Of a stretch of 38,093 nucleotides of DNA, positions 1 to 9,379 are shown in pieces. The position numbers were made by a program, and so were the translations under genes. The stretch covers positions 1 through 38,093 of the forward strand of contig JAGGWI010000024.1 in NCBI GenBank assembly GCA_021157505.1, in the 5' to 3' direction. The stretch comes from Desulfuromusa sp. GTDB taxonomy: Bacteria > Desulfobacterota > Desulfuromonadia > Desulfuromonadales > Geopsychrobacteraceae. How positions within the stretch are numbered: position 1 is the stretch's first letter; every line of letters begins with the position of its first letter. The notes beneath the pieces are model-generated. The model worked only from the letters and a program-made list of their open reading frames with translations. It ran no database searches and had not been told where the DNA came from.

Positions 1-185
1 ACTTTGCAGGAATTCGAAGAAAAATGTTTGAGCTGAAGGCGAGTTTTTTTCTTCGCTGCAAAGTGCAGTGTAATGGAGGGGACCCGCCAACGGCGGGCAA
101 GGAGGTCGGGCACCTTTTTCTGCATACTCTTTTGTGGTGTACAAAAGAGTATGGCGACGGGCGGGGGCGCAACCCTGCGACCTTG
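1..185. repeat. Multi-hairpin intergenic repeat element, probably truncated by the window edge
   Basis: Nested inverted repeats: ACTTTGCAG 1-9 / CTGCAAAGT 56-64; CGAAGAAAAA 15-24 / TTTTTCTTCG 46-55; CCCGCC-aac-GGCGGG 83-97; perfect 13-bp stem CATACTCTTTTGT 123-135 / ACAAAAGAGTATG 141-153. No credible ORF. Confidence 0.6.
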
Positions 186-199
186 TAAGTTGTTAACCC

Positions 200-285
200 G
201 TTATCTGGGGACGCGTAACTGCGACCATGGCCCCAGATAACTATCTTAACCTAGCGCTGTTCGGGACAGACCTAAGGTCAGTCCC
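200..285. repeat. Two REP-like hairpins
   Basis: GTTATCTGGGG 200-210 / CCCCAGATAAC 231-241; GGGACAGACC-taa-GGTCAGTCCC 263-285 (one mismatch). Confidence 0.5.
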
Positions 286-505
286 TTTGAACTATCGATC
301 ACTTGAGAAAGGATAGTGATGTTTTCCTGGGATTTTACAATCACAATGATAATCGTCGCAGCAGCGGCTTATTATGTTGCACAAAGTATCTACAAAACCG
401 CCAAAAACGCCTCAAAAGGCTGCTCTGGATGCTGTTCAGGTTGTTCATTACAAAAACTGGATACTCTGATCAAAAAATAATCAGCCACGGGTTCAGACTG
501 AACTA

Positions 506-1873
506 TTATTCATTGGTCAACTGATACTTCTCCAATTTATAACGCAAGGTTCCGCGCGGCACATTCAAAATACGAGCGGTTTTGGCCACATTCCCTCCGG
601 TAATCCGGAAAGCTTTTTCAACCAGCTCCTTTTCGACCTCTCCAACGACATCATCCAGAATAATGCCTTCCGGTGGGATTTCATAATTGAAAGGCATTTT
701 ACTCTGGGGTGCCTCCCCCCAGATTTCACGCGGCAGATGGGCCGGTAGAATTTCATCAACATTATGCATAATACAGATGCGTTCAACCACGTTGCGCAAT
801 TCCCGCACATTTCCCGGCCAATGATAGCGCATCACCAGATCAAGAGCTTCACGGCTGAACCCCCGTATTGACTGGTTGAACCCTTTACGGAAACGTTGCA
901 AAAAATACTCGAGTAACAGGGGAATATCCTCACGCCGCTCTCGCAACGGTGGGATGTGGATTGGAAAAACATTCAAACGATAGTAGAGATCTTCACGAAA
1001 TTCTTTGTGTTCAATCGCACCCTTCAAATTGGCATTAGTGGCGGCAATAATTCGGACGTTGATATCGATATTGCGGTTGCCTCCCAAGCGGCGAATTTTA
1101 AGATCTTCAAGAACCCGCAACAGTTTGACCTGGAGGCCCATATCCATCTCACCGATCTCATCAAGAAAAATGGAACCGCCATCAGCTTCTTCAAATAAGC
1201 CTATTTTCCGGTTTTTTGCATCGGTAAAAGCACCGCGTTCATGTCCAAAGAGTTCTGTTTCAAGCAGATTGAACGGCAGCGAGCCACAGTTTATCTCAAC
1301 AAAAGGTTGCTCGCCACGCGGTGATAAATTATGGATTGCCTGAGCCACCAGCTCCTTTCCGGTGCCACTATCTCCGGTAATCAACACCGTAGCCATTTCA
1401 TGCTTGGCCACTTCTCGAATTTGCTGAAAAATATGCAATAATGACGGGCTATTACCAACCATATTGATACCATCAGCATCACGGGAAAGACGCTTGACTT
1501 GACGTCGCAGGCTCTGAGTTTCCAATGCCAACTTTACAATCAGATGGATCGCATCAGCCTTAAACGGTTTTTTAATATAATCATAAGCACCGATTTTCAA
1601 AGCTTCAACAGCACTCTCAACGGTTCCATAGCCAGTGATAATAATAACCAGAATTTCAGGATCAACTTCACGCATTGCCCGTAGTACATCCAGACCACTG
1701 CTGCTGCCCAGATTCAAATCGAGAAGCACCAGACTGATCTCTTCCTCAGTTACAATCTGAATAGCTTCTTCTGGTGACTCGGTCGAAATAGGTCGGTAAC
1801 CATCTTCAGAAATTATCCGCTCCAGATTTTCCCGGATAAAGGCTTCATCATCAACAATTAGAATTTTTTCCAT
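506..1873 (-). CDS. Sigma54-dependent response regulator (NtrC/AtoC family: receiver, AAA+, Fis HTH)
   Basis: Receiver motifs (VDDE, LLD, KPF), Walker A GDSGTGKE, GAFTDA loop, FLDEIG, WPGNVREL, C-terminal GGNVAKTARILN HTH. Confidence 0.95.
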   Translation of the reverse strand: MEKILIVDDEAFIRENLERIISEDGYRPISTESPEEAIQIVTEEEISLVLLDLNLGSSSGLDVLRAMREVDPEILVIIITGYGTVESAVEALKIGAYDYIKKPFKADAIHLIVKLALETQSLRRQVKRLSRDADGINMVGNSPSLLHIFQQIREVAKHEMATVLITGDSGTGKELVAQAIHNLSPRGEQPFVEINCGSLPFNLLETELFGHERGAFTDAKNRKIGLFEEADGGSIFLDEIGEMDMGLQVKLLRVLEDLKIRRLGGNRNIDINVRIIAATNANLKGAIEHKEFREDLYYRLNVFPIHIPPLRERREDIPLLLEYFLQRFRKGFNQSIRGFSREALDLVMRYHWPGNVRELRNVVERICIMHNVDEILPAHLPREIWGEAPQSKMPFNYEIPPEGIILDDVVGEVEKELVEKAFRITGGNVAKTARILNVPRGTLRYKLEKYQLTNE

Positions 1874-1963
1874 GGAAGAGCGTTCCTTTTGATTTCGGCA
1901 GAGAACGATATTTTCTGCTCTCAGTTAGTGCCAAAACGACATTAGAGGTAGTTTGTCATCAGG

Positions 1964-1991
1964 ATTCTAACATTTTCTGGCAGGTTGTCAC
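1964..1991 (-). promoter_or_regulatory. Possible internal sigma70 promoter for the response regulator
   Basis: Minus strand GTGACA-16-TAGAAT with TG extended -10 (TGtTAGAAT) in the gap between kinase and regulator. Confidence 0.35.
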
Positions 1992-2010
1992 TCAAGTGTG
2001 GAGGGTCAGG

Positions 2011-4521
2011 TCAGCCCATTTGCGTCAGCGGCAACAAAATTGTAAACGTTGACCCTTCTCCCAGGCTGCTTTCTACCTGAATATCGCCACCATGATCAGA
2101 AATAATATTATAGCTGATGGCTAATCCCAACCCAGTCCCCTGCCCTTTACTGGTAAAAAAAGGTTCAAAAATAAGCGGCAGCTTTTCTGCAGAGATTCCA
2201 ACGCCACTATCACTGATACGAATCATCATTTTATCCATGCGCGTTTTAACTTCGACCCTGAGGACACCCCCGTCCGGCATGGCATCCAGAGCATTGTTCA
2301 GTAAATTCAGGAAAACCTGTTTTAAACGATCGGCATCCAGCATAATTTCCGGGAGGTTGTCCGCCACCTCTTCAAGCAGCTTCACCTCTTGCTGCTGGCA
2401 CTGCTTACGGATCAAAAATAGAGACTCCTGAAGGATATTTTCAACCTTCCCATAAACCAGCTTAGGGGTGGGTGATGACGAAAAATGTAACATTTCATTG
2501 ACCAGCGATTCCAGCCGTTCTATCTCCCCCAAGGCCCGCCGAATCAGTTGTTGTTGATCTTCCTTGCCGAGCAGACGATCGTGCAGATCATCCAGAAGCA
2601 GGCTGACTCCGGTCAGCGGGTTACGCACTTCATGGGCTATCCCGGCTGACATTCTTCCCAGCGAAGCCAAACGATCCATCCGGGCCATCTGCTGCCGCAT
2701 ATCAACCCGCTCGGTCAAATCCTCAATGGTCAGCAACCAACCCTCCTGCTGACGGAAACTTAAAGGAAACATCGTCATCAGATAAGTCAGCGTTCGACCT
2801 TTCCTTTCCAGCGGTACATATTCACGAAAGGAGCTGTTTTCTCCCGCTTGATTTTCCAGAAACCACTCACGCAGGACTTCGTGTAATTCGGGCCACTCAA
2901 CCAACAATTTTTCCAAATGACAGTCTTTACCTGGCCGCTCAATATTCAATATTTGGCAAGCATGTCCATTAGCTGACGTGACCATGCTATCAGCATCAAA
3001 AGTAAGCAGCCCGATTTCTATATTTTCAAAAACGGTATCTTTAAAGTTTCGCTCCCGCAGGATCTCTTTACGCGACCGCCGCAATGCCTGCAGCGTATGC
3101 AGTAATCGCTGCCGTCGGCCGTTCAGTTCTGCCACCATAGTATTGAAAGAATCGGCCAATACGCCAACCTCATCATTAGAGCTGACCTTGACTTCAGCGG
3201 ACAGATTGCCACGAATCATTCGCCGGGTTCCTTCTGTCAATAAAAGAACCGGACGGACAATACTGTTGGAAAGAAAATATGCGGTGGCAATAACAAACAA
3301 GATGGTCAGCGAGATAACCGCCCACGACTGAATCAGATAATTACTGATCTCACTTTGAATCAGCAGTGACGTTGCTTCTGCCGGTTGATGAAACTGGTCA
3401 ATTTCAGCACCGATAGTTACCCCACCGAAGACATTATAATCGCGGTAGACCCCGCGGTTATATTCGATCGGAGCATAGGCCATAATTTTATTGGAACCAC
3501 CAACATTAACCGTTTCAACAACCCCGGATTCACCGCGAACGACCGCAGCGGCAACTTGTGGATAGTTAGGATGGATAAAATCAGCAGCAAAAAGATTAAA
3601 AGGGATGCGACCTGAGAGGATATCCTGCTTTGAAGTTTCAGCACTATAAGCGGGCACCAATTGCCCAGACGGGTCATAACCACGGATATCCCAATATTTC
3701 GGATGGGCAATCATCCAGCCCTGATCGTCAAACATAAAGGCGTAATTTCCACTGGAATATGAAGGAAAGACGACTTTTTTATCCTCAATCGAGGAGATAT
3801 GCTGGGTATATTCCATCAAATGGCGGTGATCGAGAGATAGGACGACAACTCCCTGAAGGTCACCATTCTCCCAGATTGAAGTGGAAAAGCGGATCACCCC
3901 CTGATACAAAGCTCCCTGCACTGCCTCCAGAGGTGTTTTTGCCCCCTGCAGCTGATCATTACGACTCACATACCAGCCATGCAGGCGAGAAACCCAGAGC
4001 TGACCCGTCTCTAATTGAACCGCCTGGTTGAAATAATTTTCACTCTTATAGGTTGTCTGGGCAGGATCAGAAACATCTCGATAGTCGTGTGAAGGGTGTC
4101 CGGCAACAATGCGTATCAGTTCATGCCCATGAGGATCGATATAGGCCAACTCACTGTAAAGTAAAGCTCTCTCCCGAACTTCAACCGGCTTATCATTGGT
4201 TCCCCGGCGATACCAGAGTTCACGCTGGTGACTCCGACTGAAATTAAGATAGTCCGACTCGGTTTTCGGTAAGAGTGATAAGTCGAGCAGATCACCTTCA
4301 ACCTCCTGTAGAAATGCAGAGACTTGCTGCGCAACCATCTGCGCTCTGCTTTCAAGAGCTTTGGCCGCCTGAGCATCCAGAACTTCCGTGGTCCGCTGCC
4401 GCAATAAATCTTCGACCAGACGTAAACTATGCTGAGAATTGAATAATAAAAAACCCAATGGTACCAGAGAGAGTAACAGGAAAGCTCCAAGAACCTTGGT
4501 GTGTAAGTTAAAATGAAACAT
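2011..4521 (-). CDS. Membrane sensor histidine kinase (periplasmic Cache-like region, HAMP, PAS, HisKA, HATPase)
   Basis: Two TM segments, HAMP ([13 protein letters not shown]), H-box AHEVRNPL, N-box [10 protein letters not shown]1/F/G2 boxes [20 protein letters not shown]. Confidence 0.95.
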   Translation of the reverse strand: MFHFNLHTKVLGAFLLLSLVPLGFLLFNSQHSLRLVEDLLRQRTTEVLDAQAAKALESRAQMVAQQVSAFLQEVEGDLLDLSLLPKTESDYLNFSRSHQRELWYRRGTNDKPVEVRERALLYSELAYIDPHGHELIRIVAGHPSHDYRDVSDPAQTTYKSENYFNQAVQLETGQLWVSRLHGWYVSRNDQLQGAKTPLEAVQGALYQGVIRFSTSIWENGDLQGVVVLSLDHRHLMEYTQHISSIEDKKVVFPSYSSGNYAFMFDDQGWMIAHPKYWDIRGYDPSGQLVPAYSAETSKQDILSGRIPFNLFAADFIHPNYPQVAAAVVRGESGVVETVNVGGSNKIMAYAPIEYNRGVYRDYNVFGGVTIGAEIDQFHQPAEATSLLIQSEISNYLIQSWAVISLTILFVIATAYFLSNSIVRPVLLLTEGTRRMIRGNLSAEVKVSSNDEVGVLADSFNTMVAELNGRRQRLLHTLQALRRSRKEILRERNFKDTVFENIEIGLLTFDADSMVTSANGHACQILNIERPGKDCHLEKLLVEWPELHEVLREWFLENQAGENSSFREYVPLERKGRTLTYLMTMFPLSFRQQEGWLLTIEDLTERVDMRQQMARMDRLASLGRMSAGIAHEVRNPLTGVSLLLDDLHDRLLGKEDQQQLIRRALGEIERLESLVNEMLHFSSSPTPKLVYGKVENILQESLFLIRKQCQQQEVKLLEEVADNLPEIMLDADRLKQVFLNLLNNALDAMPDGGVLRVEVKTRMDKMMIRISDSGVGISAEKLPLIFEPFFTSKGQGTGLGLAISYNIISDHGGDIQVESSLGEGSTFTILLPLTQMG

Positions 4522-4623
4522 GGGACAGATTATAGATGAATTTTTGAAAAGTGAATACAGAGGATAGAGCTTAGATCAGCGAAAAAAAGTTTGGGACAAC
4601 GCCCGACACAGATCATCAAAATT

Positions 4624-5592
4624 TTACTTATTGCGGGAAACAACATAATCAGCAATGATAAAAAGGGCCTGACGCGCTTCACAATCGGGGAAAATAGTCA
4701 GTTGCTGTTTTGCTCGTTCAACCCTCTCTGTAGCTCTAGAGCGAGTGTAATCAATACCATTTTTTGCGTCAATCAGAGCACACACGTAGTCGAGATCCTC
4801 TTGATTCAATTCTTCGGCCTCAATAATTCTGGAGACTTCCTGACGTTCCAACTCGGTAGAGTCAGCATACGCATGAATCAACGGCAGGGTCATTTTCCCC
4901 TCAAAAAGATCATGCCCTTTTTCCTTACCGAAATCCTCTTGATCTGCAACATAGTCAAGAGCATCATCCATCAACTGAAAAGCGGTACCAATTTCCAAAC
5001 CAAATTCACGTAATGCCAGCTCTTGCTGTTTATCAACCCCGGCAAGAACTCCACCAACCTGACATGCAGCGGCAATTAAAATTGCGGTTTTATCACGAAC
5101 GACTTGCAGATAACGTGCTTCATCAACTTCGAGATCACAGGTATTAAGCAACTGCCTGATTTCACCCTCAGCCAGTTGCGTGGTGGTATCAGACAGGATC
5201 TTCAAAATTTGCAAACTTTCCGAATCAACCATAATGGAAAAAGATTTAGCAAACAAAAAATCACCAACTAATACCGATGCCTGGTTACCCCAGACCGAAT
5301 TCGCCGACCGATTTCCCCGGCGCAAGTTGGCACTATCGACAACATCGTCATGCAACAAGGTTGAGGTGTGGATAAATTCAATCACCCCGGCCAGATCAAT
5401 ATGCTTATCACCCTGGTAGGAACAGAGGCGAGCACAGAGCAATAACAACATCGGACGCATCCGTTTCCCGCCACTGGAAAGGACATATTCCCCGACCTGG
5501 CTCACTAACTGGACGTCTGAAGCCAGATTCTTTTTAAACTGGCTTTCAACCGCCTGCATTTCATCTTTCAATAGCGCAATAACTGTTTCCAT
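4624..5592 (-). CDS. ispB: Octaprenyl/polyprenyl diphosphate synthase
   Basis: GGKRMRP, LLHDDVVD..RRG, GDFLF, KTA, FQLMDDALD, GKMTLP motifs. Confidence 0.9.
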   Translation of the reverse strand: METVIALLKDEMQAVESQFKKNLASDVQLVSQVGEYVLSSGGKRMRPMLLLLCARLCSYQGDKHIDLAGVIEFIHTSTLLHDDVVDSANLRRGNRSANSVWGNQASVLVGDFLFAKSFSIMVDSESLQILKILSDTTTQLAEGEIRQLLNTCDLEVDEARYLQVVRDKTAILIAAACQVGGVLAGVDKQQELALREFGLEIGTAFQLMDDALDYVADQEDFGKEKGHDLFEGKMTLPLIHAYADSTELERQEVSRIIEAEELNQEDLDYVCALIDAKNGIDYTRSRATERVERAKQQLTIFPDCEARQALFIIADYVVSRNK

Positions 5593-5627
5593 AATCTTTA
5601 TATTACCTTAAATAGTGGCGAAAACCA

Positions 5628-5645
5628 ACTCCGGCAGTCTCCTAG
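5628..5645. mobile_element. Solo terminal-repeat remnant of the CTAG hairpin element family
   Basis: Reverse complement CTAGGAGACTGCCGGAGT matches the end of the 13659 copy (CTAGGAGACTGTCGGACT) at 16 of 18 positions. No partner end seen nearby. Confidence 0.55.
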
Positions 5646-5689
5646 AGAGGCGGTCAAAACTTTTTTACCACAACCAGTGATCATTCAAT

Positions 5690-6607
5690 TCATTCAGAAA
5701 CTGGTTGTACCGGGGTAAAGTTCTTTGTACCATTATCCCAACGATAAGCACCAGTCTCCCAGATCATTTCAATTAAATCCCAGTCCAGATTTAAAGATTG
5801 GGCTTCTTCGGTCAAATCGGATAATTCCAAAATTTCCAGATCATCAATGATCCAGTCACCATTTTTATCGGTCCAATGAAACGGCTCCAGTTGCATGGTT
5901 CCTACCGATTGGACCAAAGCAGAAGACCGTTGTCCCTCAGGATTGGCTATTAATTCACCTGAGATTGTCAGATCAGAATCAGGTTCAATAACTTCTGGCA
6001 CCTCAAGAATATAATAAACAGCTGTTTTCAAAAGTGGTTTTCTGAAAATCCAACGCGCAACTCCCGTATCTGCATCAAGATGCGAAACAACTGGCTCCGA
6101 TTCGATTAAATGCCATCTTGGCGGAAATGTTTCTTTAAGAATCATCCCCCTTAATGGTTTTTCAGCGGAGAGTTTAACCTGAATCAGAATTCGGCTACCG
6201 GGGGCAGCAAAGGGGGGCAGAAATCTTTTTGCCTGTAAAACGGGAACAGCCGAAGGGGGATCGGGCGGCAATAGCAGAAAAACAAGTGCAGCCAGAGTCA
6301 CACCGAAAAGGAGCAGAAAATAGATCCAATTCTGTTTTTTTGATTTTCTTGACATCTCAGCATCGGGATTATCTGCCACTTCCTCTTTTTTAAGGATCTC
6401 TGCTAAGTCAACTTCCAAACCCTCGGCTAACTTCAGAGCATTATCCCGCAAGATGGTTGGATAGCGATTATTTTCCCAACGCGAAACGGTGTCAGTTGTC
6501 ACCCCGACTACTTTTGCAATATAAAGCTGCGTCAGTCGCTTCTCTTCACGAATTCGACGAATGACGTTGCCATCGATGGCAACAGCTGGTGGATTTAATG
6601 GTTCCAT
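5690..6607 (-). CDS. Membrane-anchored XRE-family HTH protein with extracytoplasmic domain and EF-hand/dockerin-like loop
   Basis: XRE HTH (IRRIREEKRLTQ..AKVVGVTTDTVSRWENN), one TM helix (WIYFLLLFGVTLAALVFLLL), Pro linker, beta-rich domain, DKNGDWIIDDLE loop. Start moved to ATG 6607 (MEPLNPP); the ORF extends to 6718. Confidence 0.8.
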   Translation of the reverse strand: MEPLNPPAVAIDGNVIRRIREEKRLTQLYIAKVVGVTTDTVSRWENNRYPTILRDNALKLAEGLEVDLAEILKKEEVADNPDAEMSRKSKKQNWIYFLLLFGVTLAALVFLLLPPDPPSAVPVLQAKRFLPPFAAPGSRILIQVKLSAEKPLRGMILKETFPPRWHLIESEPVVSHLDADTGVARWIFRKPLLKTAVYYILEVPEVIEPDSDLTISGELIANPEGQRSSALVQSVGTMQLEPFHWTDKNGDWIIDDLEILELSDLTEEAQSLNLDWDLIEMIWETGAYRWDNGTKNFTPVQPVSE

Positions 6608-6724
6608 GCGGGTATCCAGAAGGATTGGGAATAATTTCCGGGAGTCTAACAGAGAATTTCCAGCGCTGTAAACAACGGAATATAGATAGTTTAGCAATAA
6701 CAATTCGGCCCTGATCACATAACA

Positions 6725-6783
6725 TAACTAACTGATATTACATAAATACAACCCGACATCTGACGATATTACAATCGATGTCG
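6725..6783. promoter_or_regulatory. Candidate regulatory sites between the XRE gene and the cytochrome gene
   Basis: IHF-like TATCAG-N4-TTA on the minus strand (6725-6737); direct repeat GATATTACA at 6734 and 6765; inverted repeat CGACATC 6754-6760 / GATGTCG 6777-6783. Confidence 0.35.
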
Positions 6784-6851
6784 AATGAAATCAGACAAAA
6801 AATATGAAATTATCAATGACAGGAACCAACTACTCAAAAAGGAGGAAAGCG

Positions 6852-7172
6852 ATGAAAAAACTTTTGATTATGTTAACTGCCACAATTTTAGTTTTAACTG
6901 TTGCAACAATCGTTGTTGCGGTGACAACTGGTCCAGAAGAAATCAAATATACACCAAAAATGGGGACCGTTACTTTCAACCACAGTGCACACCAAAATCA
7001 AGCTGATTGCGTAACCTGTCACCACACCGGAGATTATGCTCAGTGTAAAAGTTGTCATGGTGTCGATCCGAAGGCACCTAAAGCTAAAAATGCCTATCAC
7101 CAGAGTTGTAAAGAGTGTCACAAAGAAGGTGGAAAAGGGCCGACAAAATGTAAGGAATGTCATATCAAATAG
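6852..7172 (+). CDS. Small periplasmic tetraheme cytochrome (c3/c7 superfamily)
   Basis: SD GGAGG before ATG 6852; signal peptide; four CxxCH motifs (CVTCH, CKSCH, CKECH, CKECH); four extra His (FNHSAH, CHH, AYH). Confidence 0.92.
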   Translation: MKKLLIMLTATILVLTVATIVVAVTTGPEEIKYTPKMGTVTFNHSAHQNQADCVTCHHTGDYAQCKSCHGVDPKAPKAKNAYHQSCKECHKEGGKGPTKCKECHIK

Positions 7173-7231
7173 TGACCCAGTGCTCTGTATAGTTTAGGGT
7201 GTACTGGGTACTAGAAACTTCACGGTTCCGC

Positions 7232-7266
7232 AAAAGGGCCGATTCTACTTTAGAATCGGCCCTTTT
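7232..7266 (+). terminator. Intrinsic terminator after the cytochrome gene
   Basis: AAAAGGGCCGATTCTA-ctt-TAGAATCGGCCCTTTT perfect 16-bp inverted repeat. Confidence 0.85.
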
Positions 7267-7342
7267 ATATATCTTGCATACCGCTTACACGGCATGACAT
7301 GAAACTTTAATTATTTTTTATTCATTTATTTTTATTTCTTAG

Positions 7343-7370
7343 TTGACATTAATATTAAGCTGGTTATAAT
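7343..7370 (+). promoter_or_regulatory. Consensus sigma70 promoter
   Basis: TTGACA 7343-7348, 16-bp spacer, TATAAT 7365-7370, preceded by an A/T-rich UP-like tract. Confidence 0.75.
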
Positions 7371-7375
7371 AGAGA

Positions 7376-7448
7376 CAAAGGTAAGAAAGATCTCTCTCAA
7401 GAAGGTTTTTGCCCCGTGTTCACCCTCCTGACGCGGGGCTATTTTTTT
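7376..7448 (+). ncRNA. Candidate orphan small RNA (~70 nt)
   Basis: Consensus promoter followed by a GC-rich hairpin GCCCCGTGT(t)CA-ccctcc-TGACGCGGGGC (7411-7439) and a T7 tract. No RBS plus ORF between them. Start position is estimated. Confidence 0.6.
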
Positions 7449-7547
7449 ACCCACCCCCCCGCTTCAACTCGTTCTTACCGCTCTACCCTGCTATTTTTGA
7501 TAAACCACGCAATAACGGACCGGGACAGATTGTCTGACAAATCCAGA

Positions 7548-9224
7548 TCACAGCCCCTTGAATACCTTCAGCAGATGAGGAACCAGTTGTTTTTTACGTG
7601 AAAGCACCCCTTTCAAGCGGTAGATATTCTCTGCTTCCTGAGGATAACCGATAATCAGCGGCAACTCACTCGGTCCGGCTGTCAATAACAAACTATTTTC
7701 CAGCACAATATCGGTGACCAATAGTGCCGCCAGCTCATAATTCTTTTCTTTCTGGATTTTCAGTAATTCAGCCATTAGTTCATTCTGGCGCTGGTAGAAG
7801 GAATGAAAATTGACCACTTCGACCTGCCCTAAACCTAGCAGATAGTCACCAACTCCGTACTCTTTGAAATCGGTAAAAATCAATTTCCTGACTGGAGTAC
7901 CACTGGCCATGGGACTTCCGGCAGCAAACAACTGAGAGCCAAACTCCCGATGATCCAACCCGGAGATCTCTTCCAACCAGGGAACCAGTTTGCGATCAAT
8001 TTCTGTGGTGGTGGGTGATTTCAAGATAACCGTATCAGAAAGTAATCCAGCCAGCAGCAAGCCGGCAATTTTCTTCTCAGGTTCAATCCCGGCTTGTTGA
8101 TAGAGAGTTGACACCAGAGAGCAGGTACTTCCAAGGGGTTGATTTATGAACTTGATCGGTAAATCAGTATGAAAGTTGCCGAGGCGGTGATGATCAATAA
8201 CCTCTATAATTTCAACCTTATCGGCTCCTGGAACCGCTTGTGCCAATTCATTATGATCAACCAGAATCAGCTTGATCGGTGATTTTTTTAATAAGTGGCT
8301 CTTGGTTGCAACACCTTCTACCCGGCCATCAGCAGAACAGACAATGGCCCCCGATCGTTTTCCATGAATTAATTTCAAACGGAGATCTTCGAGTAAGTCA
8401 TTTGGCTTCACCACCAAAAAATCAGCTTCAGCCAGAAGTCCAACCGGGGTTGCCATCCGTGTCAACCAGACACAGTTGGCCGTATCGTAGTGACTTACCA
8501 GGATGGAGACATTATTTTCAGCCGCAAGGGCGAGCAGTTTCTCATCAACAGATGATCCTCCTGAAATAATCAATAAACGGACCCCGGCGGCAACGGCAAG
8601 ACGTTGAATCCCGGGACGATCGCCGGTAATGAGAATTGTTTTTTCGGGGATAATTTCTTCGACCCAGCGACTGAAACTTGCTTCACGCCTGGCACCCACA
8701 TGAAGATCCAGCTCTTCTAACTGCTCAGGATTTGACAAATGTTGTGCTGTCGCACCAAGGCAACACTGAATCGAGCTGATCGAGGCACGAATACGCCGCA
8801 TTTTTTCCGGTTCAGTTGGCACCAGAAAAAACTCCGTAGCTTGCTTTAACAGCAACAGACCCTTTGCTTGCCCGGTATCATCAACCACAGGAAGTATCCG
8901 GATACGGTGCCGATGATAAAGCTCCATCGCTTTCGACATTGGCTCTGATTGATGAATTGAGATCACCTTTTCAGTGACAACATCTTTGATCCGGGGATGG
9001 ACATCGGTGAGTAATTTGGGAACATCAACTTCTAGATGGTCCAGTACATATTGGGTCTGATAATTGATTGTTCCGGCTCTGGCCGCTCTGACTCCCGTCA
9101 GTCCCTGCTGACGACACAACTCTGCATAGGCGATTGCGCTGCAAATCGAATCTGAATCCGGGTTTCGGTGACCAATCACAAAAATCTTATCAGCTTCCTG
9201 CACGGTAGCCCTTTCCCGGTTCAT
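7548..9224 (-). CDS. ppaC: Family II Mn-dependent inorganic pyrophosphatase with CBS-DRTGG insert
   Basis: GHRNPDSDS, LVDHNE..QAVPG, IDHH, GSTC, LSDT, SRKKQLVP motifs; internal CBS and DRTGG-like (ITGDR) region. Confidence 0.92.
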   Translation of the reverse strand: MNRERATVQEADKIFVIGHRNPDSDSICSAIAYAELCRQQGLTGVRAARAGTINYQTQYVLDHLEVDVPKLLTDVHPRIKDVVTEKVISIHQSEPMSKAMELYHRHRIRILPVVDDTGQAKGLLLLKQATEFFLVPTEPEKMRRIRASISSIQCCLGATAQHLSNPEQLEELDLHVGARREASFSRWVEEIIPEKTILITGDRPGIQRLAVAAGVRLLIISGGSSVDEKLLALAAENNVSILVSHYDTANCVWLTRMATPVGLLAEADFLVVKPNDLLEDLRLKLIHGKRSGAIVCSADGRVEGVATKSHLLKKSPIKLILVDHNELAQAVPGADKVEIIEVIDHHRLGNFHTDLPIKFINQPLGSTCSLVSTLYQQAGIEPEKKIAGLLLAGLLSDTVILKSPTTTEIDRKLVPWLEEISGLDHREFGSQLFAAGSPMASGTPVRKLIFTDFKEYGVGDYLLGLGQVEVVNFHSFYQRQNELMAELLKIQKEKNYELAALLVTDIVLENSLLLTAGPSELPLIIGYPQEAENIYRLKGVLSRKKQLVPHLLKVFKGL

Positions 9225-9318
9225 GGCAAGGCTTGAAATTTGGCTGCCATGTTTCCATATTTAGAACGTTATTAAAACTGTTAGCGGTGGTAATTATCTC
9301 ACTGAAAACAATCATCTC

Positions 9319-9365
9319 TTGACGAAAAAGTGTCTTGCTATTAATATCCATATATTCAAAATATA
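9319..9365 (+). promoter_or_regulatory. Promoter and possible autoregulatory operator of the ArsR gene
   Basis: TTGACG-17-TAATAT (9319-9347), followed by inverted repeat TATATT-caa-AATATA (9351-9365). Confidence 0.4.
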
Positions 9366-9379
9366 CTAAGGAGTTTACT

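Noticed and set aside
303-524. 73-aa ORF and other short ORFs overlapping real genes or repeat elements (e.g. 7416-7601, 10056-10268, 13602-13811)
   Set aside because: No RBS or recognisable motifs; antisense shadows of real genes or by-products of repeat sequence.
1915-1935. Sigma54 promoter (TGGCAC on the minus strand) before the response regulator
   Set aside because: The required GC is not 10 nt after the GG.
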